From: the human T2T-CHM13v2.0 reference genome, Homo sapiens | DNA length: 64,000 nt | NCBI RefSeq assembly: GCF_009914755.1 | Contig: NC_060934.1 | Strand: one strand, 5' to 3' | The notes under the pieces: generated by a model | What the model saw: the letters and a program-made list of their open reading frames with translations, nothing else | Database searches by the model: none | Told to the model about the DNA's origin: nothing | In this document: piece by piece, positions 29,001 to 42,054 of the stretch | Layout: each line of letters starts with the position of its first letter | Numbering within the stretch: position 1 is the first letter of the stretch | Program-made: the position numbers and the translations under genes

Positions 29001-29045
29001 GGCCTCCTGGAGTTGTGCAGTGCACAACTTATGAGGCCATATGTG
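29001..29045. mobile_element. MER91-like (hAT-Tip100) palindromic fragment
   Basis: ggcctc..agttgtgcagtgcacaact..gaggcc hairpin resembles the MER91 gttgtgcantgcacaac core. Confidence 0.55.
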
Positions 29046-29189
29046 ACAACTTTATTCTAAACTCAGAGCATAGAAATGAAAATTTCTTATACTTCTAACT
29101 CCCAATAACATAAATATTTTCCTAAGTTTTCTTCCACTTTCTTATAAGTATTTTTCCCATTCAAAAATTCATCTATTTTAATCTTCCAT

Positions 29190-29445
29190 TAATTTAATTT
29201 TAAACTTTTTTAGAGCAGTTTTAGGTTCACAGCAAAGTGGAGAGGAAGGTATAGAGATTCCCTATATACCTCCACACCCCACACCTTTCCCCACATACAC
29301 AGCCTCCCCCATTATCAACGTTCCCCACCAAAGTGGTACATTTTCCACAATTGCTCAACCTAAATCAACACATCATAGTTACCCAAAGTCTATGGTCTAC
29401 GTTGGGGCTTAGCATTGGTGGCGTACTTTCTATGGGTTTGGACTA
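29190..29445 (-). mobile_element. L1MC-type 3' end
   Basis: gagcagttttaggttcacagcaaa...acccaaagtctat...tatgggtttggac. Confidence 0.85.
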
Positions 29446-29879
29446 AGAGATATTCTTTATGGAAGACAAACTATGGCAGCAGTTCCAGAGACTTTTGTGG
29501 AGTGAGTCAGGACCAGAGGGAGAGAGAATCGATGATAAATTATTGCAATGGATCAGGTCAGACAAGAGGGGCACTATGACTGGAGCCATGAAGATAGGCA
29601 ATGGTGGATCTGTTCATGGATTAAATGTGGACTCTATGGAGTGGGAGACGTTAATAATTATGCCATCATAGCTAGTGCTTCTTGCTCAGTATGGTAAGTA
29701 CTACTAGAAGTTTATTAACTTCTTGAGGCAAAGAGGATGAGTGTTCATGATGCAGTTATCAAATATTTACTATGTGTGAGATCTGATTCATGGTAAAGAC
29801 ATAGAAGATAAATTAGACATGGTTTTGGTCTTCCACTGATTCATATCCTGTTAAATATGCCCAGCAAGACTTCAGATGA

Positions 29880-30170
29880 GGCCAGGCGCAGTGGCTCATG
29901 CCTGTAATTCCAGCACTTTGGGAGGCTGAGGCGGGTGGCGAGGTCAGGAGTTTGAGATCAGCCTGGCCAACATGATGAAACCCTGTCTCTACCAAAAATA
30001 CAAAAATTAGCCGGGCATGGTGGCAGACGCCTGTAATCTCAGCTACTTGGGAGGCTGAGGGAGGAGAATTGCTAGAACCCGGGAGGCGGAGATTGCAATG
30101 AGCCAAGACTGGACCATTGTCCTCTAGCCCGGGTGACAACAGCAAGACTCCATCTCAAAAAACAACAACA
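29880..30170 (+). mobile_element. AluS SINE
   Basis: Full Alu; TSD aagacttcagatga. Confidence 0.93.
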
Positions 30171-30262
30171 AAAGACTTCAGATGAAGTCTGTTAAATCAG
30201 TTAAAAGACTTCAGATGAAGTCTGTTAAATGAGTTAAAAGACTTCAGATGAAGTCTGTTAAA
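30170..30262. repeat. 33-bp tandem repeat (2.8 copies) with a palindromic unit
   Basis: aaaagacttcagatgaagtctgttaaat(c/g)agtt repeated. Confidence 0.95.
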
Positions 30263-30492
30263 CGACCAGTCTGGGCAACATGGTGAAATCTCATCTCTAC
30301 CCAAAACTACAAAAATTAGCCAGGCGTGGTGGCATGCACCCACTACTTGAGGGGGCTGAGGCACGAGTATTGCTTGAACCCAGGAGACAGAAGTTGCAGT
30401 GAGCTGAGATGACACTGCTGCACTCCAGTCTGGGTGACAGAGTGAGACTCCATCTCAAAAATATGTAAATAAATAAATAAATAAATAATAAA
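30263..30492 (+). mobile_element. 5'-truncated AluJ-like
   Basis: Starts mid left arm at gaccagtctgggcaacatgg; (TAAA)n tail. Confidence 0.88.
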
Positions 30493-30559
30493 ATGGTCCT
30501 CAAAGGAAGAGATACACATAATCAACAGACTACTGCAAGCCACAAAAAAAATGCATTTT

Positions 30560-31115
30560 TGTCCAACAACAAATGAAAGAGTAAAGAAAATGTGCTATTT
30601 ATACACAATAAAATACTATTCAGGCATAAAAAAGAATTAAATTCTGTCATTTGTGGCAACATGGATGAGTTTGGAGAACATTATCTGTAGTGAAATAAGT
30701 CAGGTGTAGAACTGTAAATATCACATGTTCTCATTTATATGTAAGGGCTTAAAAGATTGCGCTTGAAGACGTAGAGAGTAGAATTGTAATTCTTAGAGGT
30801 TGGGAAGGAGAGGTGGGTAGAGGAGAGGGAGAGGTTGGTTAAAGATACATAGTTACAGCTAACTAGGAGGAATAAGCTCTGGTGTTTTTTAGCACTGTAG
30901 GGGGAATATGGGTTAACAATCGTTTATTGCATATTTTCAAAAAGCCAGAAGAGAGGATTTTGAATGCTCATAACATATAGAAATGATAAATGTTTGAGAT
31001 GATGGATATGCTAATTACTCTGATTTGATCATTACATTTTTTATATATATTATAGTATCACTCTGTACCCCATAGATATGTAAAATTATTTCATATATCT
31101 ACTAACAAAATAAAA
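30560..31115 (+). mobile_element. L1MA 3' end
   Basis: aaagaaaatgtg...tactattcaggcataaaaaagaa...gatggatatgctaattactctgatttgatcattac. Confidence 0.85.
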
Positions 31116-32117
31116 TACATTCACTAAAAACAAATTTAGGCTTAATTTAAATAAATACAAAGCACTATTCTGGACAGAATTTCAGATTCTTCAATATCTA
31201 ACGATGAGGCAATTTATATTACTATAGAAATATTCTTTCTGTTAGTGCTACAAGGACTCTCATCTGATCACTAAAAGGTTATTAAATAGTATAATGGATA
31301 TGTATGGTCACATCGAATAGCCATCAATATGTTAGTATTTTCGTGTAATTATAGTTAAAAACAGATGTCTGCAGGATTGTGGTGGATGCCACAGAAACAC
31401 ATTTACAAATGACCCCTACCAGTCTGTGCCTATGTGGATTATTAACTGGGGTGCACTCCCAGACCATTGTGCTTTCTTGAGGGAAAGGCAATGAATAGCA
31501 TCCCTACTGTATTCATTCACAGACATCAGTGTAACTTCTCCATCCATGATTTTTTAAAAATCTTTTTACAAGAATTGAGAGCAGAACTTCTTAATTGAAC
31601 TGCCTGGTGGAATACTTATCCCATAATAATATATTTTATGGAATATCATAGCACAGTGTAACACTCTAAAGGGGTCCAAAGAATCAGATTTGAAAACAAG
31701 TCTTCCTTCCTTTTTTCTTTCCTTCTTCTTTGAACATTCAGCCCAAAATCCTGAGTGAGAAAGAATTAGAGGAAGTGTGGGAGGGCTGGAATCAGAACCT
31801 TGAGAGGAAAGTGGTAAAGTGAGACAGGAACAGCCTGGCTGGAGGGTGCCACCCAGGGGAGGAAAGTGACTGAGTGGATGGAAGTGGCTTAGGAGAGAGG
31901 AGAGTCCACAGGAGGCAGACAGTCTAGATCAGTGACCCACTGAGGAACGGAAACAATTACAATTAGGGGAACTGAGCAAATAGCAAGCATACCGAAGATA
32001 ATGAAAGACAAGTTTTGCACTACAGGAGAAGAAAATTACAAATATGGAAAAGGAAAAACAACTAGAATGAAGCCTGCAGTGTTGAATTGGAATTGGGGAT
32101 GTGAACTCACGGTTTTC

Positions 32118-32414
32118 TTTCTGTTTGTTTGTTTTTGAGACAGTCTCACTCTGTCACCAGGCTGGAGTGCAGTGGCGCAATGTCAGCTCACTGCAACCTC
32201 TGCCTCCCAGGTTGAAGCGATTATCCTGACTCAGCCTCCCAAGTAGCTGGGACTACAGGCACGTGCCACCACGCCCAGCTAATTTTTATCTTTTTAATAG
32301 AGACGGGGTTTCACCATGTTGGCCAGGATGGTCTTGATCTCCTGACCTCTGTGATCTGCCTGCCTCAGCCTCCCAAAGTACTGGGATTACAGGCGTGAGC
32401 CAACGCGCCCGGCC
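32118..32414 (-). mobile_element. AluSc-like SINE
   Basis: TSD ca(c/t)ggttttc. Confidence 0.93.
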
Positions 32415-33195
32415 CATGGTTTTCAACATGTAAGTATAGACAGAAAGTCAAGCAAAATATTAATGTTGGTGGTGGGTGTGTAGATATATTTCCAACTCAA
32501 TTTTGGTTTCTGAATACTACTATCCATTGAAAGGAACAAGGGCTCCTTAGAGAAATGAATAATTCAAAGGTTGGACAAGGAAAGTACAAGATGAGCCTGG
32601 AATATCTTAAGTGCTCCCAGAGGGCTGAGGTTATGTCAAAAAGAAGATAGAAACCAATTTGAAGGAGCTTTGTTTTATTAGACAAATCTGGGGCAATTTG
32701 GGTATCAAAATAAATGATGAGAGCAACAGGTTATAACCTGTTGAATATAATGATATTCTGTGAGTTCATACTGATATAAAATAGATGAATAAATAAGTGA
32801 GGGGAAGAAAGCTTTTCCTTAGAGTATAATACCAACTAATAAATGTAAAGTGAACGGTGAATTTGGAAGATTACCATTTGACAAGCATAGTAGAAATAGA
32901 TGCTAGAGACACGTTCCCATGTTTTTAAGGTATGTACATATAAAATGCTATTGAAGTAAATGGGAGATATGCAGTGGGAACACCAAGGAGTCAACACTTC
33001 ACCAACCAATTGAAGTTAACATCACCTGTAACGGGACAAAGCTAACTTGTGTGCCAAGTGGGAAGACATCAAATCACTTCTGTGATATCCCCCACCAAAG
33101 TGCACAGCCTGAATCTGCTCATGAGGAAACATCAGAAAGATAAACATTAAGGAACATACTTCAAGGTGTCTTGACACCTTTGAAGGTGTCAAGGA

Positions 33196-33323
33196 AGCCA
33201 GGCATGGTGGCTCGAGCCTGTAATCTCAGCCACTGGGGAGATCAAGGCAGAAGAATTGCTTGAGACCAGGAGTTCAACACCACCCTGGACAACATAGTGA
33301 GATTCCATCTTTTTTAAAAAAAT
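33196..33323 (+). mobile_element. Alu monomer (FLAM-like)
   Basis: Single-arm Alu gccaggcatggtggctc...gaccaggagttcaa...tccatct plus tail. Confidence 0.8.
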
Positions 33324-33630
33324 GTTTCAAGGGTTTGAAAGTGAAGAGAAAATTAAGGAAATATTCTACATGGAAAGAGATTGGGAACACATGATCACAA
33401 GGTATAACAAGTGATTCTTAGTTAGAATGTTTCTCCATTAAAGATGGTGAGGAAACTAAAATAAATGTGAGAAGTTAAGATTGGATGGAAGTACAGTGAT
33501 TACTTCCTGATTTTGGTTGTGATGTGGCTACACAGGAAAGTGTTATTCGTGGGTTGTGAGCACTGAAGGATCAATGCATGTGTCTGCAGCCTGATCTTGG
33601 ATGATTCAGGAAACAAAGTTTAGACTATTA

Positions 33631-34211
<581 letters not shown>

Positions 34212-34409
34212 TTAACTAAACATATTCAAAGAAGACTCAATATGTTCAGTTTTGTGGTATGCATAGAATTGATTTTGGTTAATGTTTTACTATACTTAAT
34301 AACTTGACGGCTTTTTGCTACCTTTGACACGATAGAGATGGAAGATACAGGTGACCAGCCAGTATATGGGAAGCTTTGTTGTGCTCTTTTGATGAGCAAA
34401 AGTGCACTC

Positions 34410-35020
34410 CAGAAACTGGTCACTCATCTACTGTTATTATTCTGGTCCAAGCCACCAGGCTTTTGCTTGAATAACTTTTGCTTGAATTATTATAATATCT
34501 TCCTAAAATTTCTTTTTGTGACTTCTCCTCATCCAATTTTCTTCCCTCTTCACAGTATATTTCCAATAGCGTTGGCAGTAGAATCAAAACAGAACAGAGC
34601 CTGGGACTTGTTTGTTCAAAACAATCTATTGGCTGTCCTACTAGCCCAGAGTGAAAGGCTATTTTTACATGACCTCCAAGGCTCCACGCAGAGGTGATTT
34701 CTGATGTTATTTCCTAACATTCTCACTCTCCTTGCTTCTTCCAACTGCATTATGGATTTTTTAAAATTTTGTGGTTTGTTTAACACACAAGTCAGGCTCA
34801 TGCCTCATGTCTTTGCTTTGGCTACTCTCTTTGCAAGGAACATATTTCCATCAGATATTCTTATGCTCACTTCTTCACTTTCTTCAGGTCATAATTTAAA
34901 TATTTAATTCGCTGACTGTCCTATCTGAAGTTGTACCGTGTAGACTCTTCCTATTCCCTTTTCATACTGTCTATTCAGCTACAACACTTATCATCCTGTG
35001 ATATATATTTTACTTCTTTA
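34410..35020 (+). mobile_element. L2 LINE 3' region
   Basis: ctggtccaagccacc...tgcctcatgtctttgctttggctactctctttgcaaggaac. Confidence 0.65.
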
Positions 35021-35226
35021 TTACATCAAAAGATTCCTAAAAGAAAGTACATGAAAATGAAAATTCTACTTCATTTATACTCATGCAATCTTCTACTAGA
35101 CTAACTTTCTAGAAAATAACAACAATAAACTCTGGAATAAGTACAAGAAACCTGAAGAGAAGAAAGTGAAAAACAAGCAGATTCTAGGTAGAAGTTGATA
35201 CACAGAAGAAAAGAATGGCAGTAACC

Positions 35227-35988
35227 TTTCTTCTTTTCTTTCTTTCTTTCTCTCTTTCCTTCCTTTGCTCCTTTTTCCCTCCCTTCCTTCCTTTCTTTCT
35301 TTCTCTTTCTTTTTTCTTTCTCTTTCTTTTTCTCTTTTTCTTTCTCTTTCTTTCTTTCTCTCTTTCTTTCTTTTTCCTTTCTTTCTTTCTTTCCATTTTT
35401 TTTTTTCTTTTGAGGCAGAATCTCACACTGTCGTCCAGGCTGGAGTGCAACGGCGCGGTCTCAGCTCATTGCAAGCTCCACCTACTGGGTTCATGCCATT
35501 CTCCTGCCTCAGCCTCCTGAGTAGCTAGGACTACAGGCACCCACCACCACACCTGGCTAGTTTTTTGTATTTTTAGTAGAGATGGGGTTTCACCATGTAA
35601 GCCAGGATGGTCTCTATCTCCTGACCTGGTGATCCGCCCGTCTCAGCCTCCCAAAGTGCTGGGATTACAGGCGTGAGCCACCGCACTGGGCTTCCTTCTT
35701 TCCTTCCTTCCTTCCCTCCCTCCTTCCCTCCCTCCTTTTTTCCTTCCTTCTTTTCTTTCTTTCTTTTTTCCTTTCCTTTCTCTTTCTACTTTTCTTCTTT
35801 CTTTCTTTCCTTCCTTCTTTCCTCTCTTTCCTTCCTTCCTTCCTTCTTTTTCTTCTTTCTCCTTCCTTTCTATTCTTTCTTCTGCTCTTTCTTTCCCTCC
35901 TTCCTACTTTTCATCCTTCTTTCCTTCTTTCTGTCTCTTTCCCTTTCTTTCTCTTTCCTTCCTCTCCTTCCTTCTTTGTCTCTTCTTC
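35227..35988. repeat. Polypyrimidine (CTTT/CCTT)n low-complexity tract split by an AluY
   Basis: Nearly pure C/T at 35227-35410 and 35691-35988. Confidence 0.95.
35398..35690 (-). mobile_element. AluY SINE
   Basis: tgcaagctcc, gccattctcc and agccaggatgg diagnostics. Confidence 0.93.
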
Positions 35989-36534
35989 AACTTTTAATCT
36001 GGGAGAAGTCTGCAGTCTATGCTGGGTGTCTAACTCTAAACAGCCTAGTTAAAAATAAAAGCACTGAGTTATAATTTTAGCTGCTGCCAAAGAAACAGTA
36101 TTTGCTTGAGTCCAGCAAAATCAACTACCTTAAGGTTTTTGCAATTTAAGAGAAAAGGCAACCAGTGAGAACAAATCTAAGGTGAACCAGACCTTAGAAA
36201 CAAAAATAGGACAAAGGGATCCTATTCATGCTAATTGATATAAAGTAAAATAGGCTTACAAAAACAGCATGTATCAGCAAAGAAATAAACTATAAAAAGA
36301 ACAAAATAGAAATTCCAGAAGTGAAAAATACAATAAGAAAAATTTAAACAATGAATCACCTTAGTATCTCCTAACTGCAAATTAGAAACTATAGAAGACA
36401 GGATCACATAATTAAAAGTGTTAAAAAATAAAAATGACAGAGTAATAAGTCAGAGAACATGAAAATTCTAGTAGAAATTACACAATATGAATTTAAAAAA
36501 AGAAAAAGAAAGATTGGAATAAAATATGAACAGG

Positions 36535-36863
<329 letters not shown>

Positions 36864-37673
36864 TCAAAATGTCTAAAGTGTGTAACTGGAGTCCCAGAAG
36901 AAGATAACATATTTGAAGAAATTAGGTTGAAACTATCTCAAATTTGCTGAAAAAGATACATTTACATAGTTAATAAGTACAATGAATCCCAAAGAGGATA
37001 AATATGAAGAAAACCTTGCACTGGTGCATCCCAGTCAACCTGCTTTAAAACAGAGAGAAAATCTTTAAAGTAGCCACATTATAAGCAAGATACTAGTGAC
37101 TAAAGTGTTGGCTGGCATTTCCTTTGGACCATGGAAGATGGAAGATAACAATTTTAAATTACTAAAAAACAAGCCCAAACAAATTAAACAAAAAACCTGT
37201 CAATGATAAATTTTACCTCCAACAAAGATATCTTGTAAGAATGAAGGTAAATAAATATATATTTAGATAAAATAAAACAAGACAATTTGTTACCAAAGAA
37301 ATTGTTTTCAAGAAAAGAAGTTCTTTCATTTGAGGAAAAACACCACCAGGTAGAAACTCAAATCTTCAGGAAGAAATGAAGAGCATCAGAAATGGTAAAT
37401 ATCCAAATAAATGTATAAGGTGATAATTATTAGCTCTTATTTAAAGAAACACATATAACTATTTAAATAAAAATGATAATATTGTAATGTGGGGTTTATA
37501 ATATACTTACTTGTAATATACATGACAAATATAGATTGAAGAATGGAAAATTAAGTGGTGAGTGCTTACAATGTTTCTATATTTTGCATGAAGTGGTACA
37601 ATATTAACTACAGAGACTGTGAAAAGTTATCTATTGTTAATCATAGAACAGCCATTAAGAAATGCAAATAGGT

Positions 37674-38361
<688 letters not shown>

Positions 38362-38371
38362 GCAAATAATT

Positions 38372-38664
38372 GGCTGGGCACAGTGGCTCACGCCTGCAAT
38401 ACCAGCACTTTGGGAGGCTAATGCAGGTGGATCACAAGGTCAAGAGATCCAGACCATCCTCCCTAACATGGTGAAACCCCATCTCTACTAAAAATACAAA
38501 AAATTAGCTGGGCGTGGTGGCACGCGCCTATAGTCCCAGCTACTCAGGAGGCTGAACCAGGAGAATCGCTTAAACCCAGAAGGTGGAGGTTGGAGTGAGC
38601 CAAGATGGCGCCACTGTACTCCAGCCTGGATGACAAAGCAAGACCCCATCTCAAAAAAAAAAAA
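38372..38664 (+). mobile_element. AluSc-like SINE
   Basis: caagagatccagaccatcc; TSD gcaaataatt. Confidence 0.93.
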
Positions 38665-39054
38665 GAAATGCAAATAATTATAGTCAAAATGTAAATGATT
38701 AAAATAGAATGTTAAAACAAGACTTCATTTAATTCCAAAGAAGGCAGCAAAAGAGAAACAGAAGGACAAAAACTACAAAAGAAACAAGAAAACAAATAAA
38801 ATGGTAGACACAAATCCAACCACATCATTATTTAATGTATGAATATCATTTTAATTAAGTTTAATTAATTAACTTATTTAATATAATGTACAAAAATATC
38901 AAAATAAAAGGCAACAATTGTCAGGATGGTTAAAATTCAACAGACACAACCATAAACTATAAGAGATATATTCAAATTATGCAGACACAGAGAAGCTGAA
39001 AATAAATGGATGGAAAAAGATCTTTCATGTAAATATTAGAAAAAGGCTAGGTTA

Positions 39055-39358
39055 GGCCGGGCGCGGTGGCTCACACCTGTAATCCCAGCACTTTGGGAAG
39101 CCAAGGTGGGCAGATCATGAGGTCAGGAGGTCGAGATCATGCTGGCTAACACAGTGAAACCTCGTCTCTACTAAAAATACAAAAAAATTAGCCGGGCGTG
39201 GTGGCAGGTGCCTGTAGTCCCAGCTACTCAGGCGCTGAGGCAGGAGAATGGCGTGAACCTGGGAGGCGGAGCTTGCAGTGAGCTGAGATTGCGCCACTGC
39301 GCTGCACTCTAGCCTGGGCGACAGAGCAACACTCCGTCTCAAAAAATAAATAAATAAA
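39055..39358 (+). mobile_element. AluY SINE without an evident TSD
   Basis: AluY diagnostics; flanks do not match each other. Confidence 0.93.
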
Positions 39359-40551
39359 TTTTTTTTAAAACGATAAGACCATAGATAAGTAAAACAGAGA
39401 ACAGATAAATATTTTAGGTTCAATGAATCTAAAAGCTGATTGTTTGTAATGAATAACAAAATTGATAAGCCACTACCTAAACTGATGAAGAAAAAATAAG
39501 AAAGAAATAACCAATGTCATGAATAGAAGAGGAGTTATCAGTACAGATCATAGAGACATTGAAAATAAAATAAGTAAGACACTATTACAGGCAACTTGAT
39601 GCCAACAAATTGGACAGCTTAGAAGAAACAGAAACACTCTTTGAAAAATATAACTTAGCAAAACTAATAAAGATGAAACAGAAAATCTGAAAACTCCATA
39701 TCTAGCAAGAATATTGATTTTGTTGTCAAATTCCTTCTGAAAAAGAAAAGTCCAGGCCCAGGTTGTTTCAGAGGTCAGTTATATAATATACTTAGTGAAG
39801 AATTAAAGCCAATATTATATTGAATTTTTTTTGAAAATGCAATACCAGGAAAGCACTCTTATTTTTTGGGGCTGGAATGACAAAGACTTAACAATAAATT
39901 AATAACATTGAAGCCTAATATTCATTATGAAAAATACTGTAAAATTCCTTAATAAAATATTCATAAATCCAGTAGTATATGTAAAAGATATTATATCATG
40001 CCCAAGTAAGGTTACCCTGGGAATTCAAATTTACTCTACCATTTGAATAATGATCAACATAATTTACCATAATAACAAGGTAAAAAGAACATTTATGTAT
40101 TTTTCCAATAGACATGGAACATACACTTGACAAACTTTAACACTCATTTATGAAAAAATCCTCAGCGAACAAGGAATCCAAGCAAATATCCTCAATCTGT
40201 TAAGTTGAATTTATGAAAAAAAAACATTACAGTTAAAGGTTTAATATTGAACAGTTTCTTCCCACATTTGGGAACAAGGCAAAAATGTTTACTTTAACCA
40301 CTGGCTCTCAAACATTATACCCAAGATACTAGCCATTTCAATATGGCAAGACAAGCAAAAAAAAAAGAAAGAAAAAGAAACGCATAACAAAGTTGAAAAA
40401 GAGGTAAGTACAATTATACGATTACTCTATTTAATGAAAAGATTATTTACCCACAAACCAAGAAATCTACAAAGAACTGGTAATATAAATGTTAATATAA
40501 AAATTGTATATGTAAATATTAGCAGCACACAATTAGAAAAAAGAAACTTAA

Positions 40552-40597
40552 AATGTGCACATGTACCCTAAAACTTAAAAGTATAATAAAAAAAAAA
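40552..40597 (+). mobile_element. Extremely 5'-truncated young L1PA 3' tip
   Basis: aatgtgcacatgtaccctaaaacttaaaagtataataaaaaaaaaa matches the terminal bases of L1HS/L1PA2-4. Confidence 0.85.
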
Positions 40598-40998
40598 TTG
40601 TATTTATAAAACAGTTAAAACTTACCTAAAATTTCAAAATACTTAAGTGTGCACTGTATTAAACAGAAAGTAGGCAAGTCATCTACACTGAAAACTACAA
40701 AATGTTGCCTATAGAAAAAAACGAAATAATAAATGCTGAAATATATCATGTTTACTGATTGGAGGATACAATATTGTTAATATGTCCATTATTCTCAAGC
40801 TGATCTGCTAATTCAATGCTTTTTCAATCATTATCCCAGTAGTCTTATTTTTTGGAGGAATTGCCAAACTGGTTCTAAAAATATATAGGGAAATGCAAAA
40901 GACCTTGACTTGTCAAAATAATCTTGAAAAAGAACAAAATTAGAGGACTTACCCTTTCTGATTTCGATATTTACTTTATAGCTGTAGTAATCACTGGG

Positions 40999-41323
40999 TT
41001 TTTGTTTTTTTTTGTTTTTTTGTTTTTTTTTTGAGACGGAGTCTTGCTCTGTCACCCAGGCTGGAGTGCAACGGCGCCATCTTGGCTCCCTGCAAGCTCC
41101 ACCTGACGGGTTCACGGGTTCACGCCATTCTCCTGCCTCAGCCTCCCGAGTAGCTGGGACTACATGAGCCTGCCACTATGCCTGGCTAATTTTTTTTGTA
41201 TTTTTAGTAGAAACGGGGTTTCACCGTGTTAGCCAGGATGGTCTCGATTTCCTGACCTCGTGATCCGCCCGCCTCGGCCTCCCAAAGTGCTGGGATTACA
41301 GGCGTGAGCCACCGGGCCTGGCC
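40999..41323 (-). mobile_element. AluY SINE
   Basis: AluY diagnostics; small internal duplication acgggttc. Confidence 0.95.
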
Positions 41324-41759
41324 ATTACTGCTTTTGTAAAACAAAATTAACTCTAAAACTGCTTAGTGGTATGACCTTAACCAAATTCCTTGGGATATCT
41401 AAACTCAGTTTTCTTATCTGTGAAAGGGAAATAATACTTGGGACAATGTTGGTCCCAGACTTGATGCTAAAGAAATAAATATTAGTTATATTTTAAAAAT
41501 TGACATTTGGGGGAAATTTTTGGTATGTATACATATATGTACCTTATGGTTGTATTGCACTTGAAAATTTTCAAAGCATTCTCATAAATGCTACACTGGA
41601 TTTTGAAAAGATATTTAAAATACATTTCAGAAATCAATACTACTCATATGTTATAAGCGCAAGACACTGATAAGATTATTTATATTATGAGGGTTATAAA
41701 ATAACCATAGCACAAGACAGTGGTGAAATGCCTTACATTTGTATTGAATATTCACTTTC

Positions 41760-42054
41760 TTTTTTTTTTTTTTTTTTTTCAGTCAGAGTCTCGCTCTGTT
41801 GCCCGGACTTGAGGGCAGTGGCTTGATCTCTGCTCACTGCAAGCTCCGCTTCCTGGGTTCACACCATTCTCATGCCTAAGCCTCCCGAGTAGCTGGGACT
41901 ACAGGCACCCACCACCACACCTGGCTAATTTTTTGTATTTTTAGTACAGACGGGGTTTCACCGTGTTAGCCAGGATGGTCTCGATCTCCTGACCTCGTGA
42001 TCCACCTGCCTCCCAAAGTGCTGGGATTACAGGCGTGAGCCACCGTGCCTGGCT
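41760..42054 (-). mobile_element. AluY SINE
   Basis: AluY diagnostics; TSD gaat..cactttc. Confidence 0.95.

Noticed and set aside
29001-29038. Hairpin as a miRNA or terminator
   Set aside because: Too short, and matches a MER91-type palindromic core.
30170-30262. CRISPR-like array (palindromic ~30-bp repeats)
   Set aside because: No unique spacers, eukaryotic context, no cas genes; it is a plain tandem repeat.
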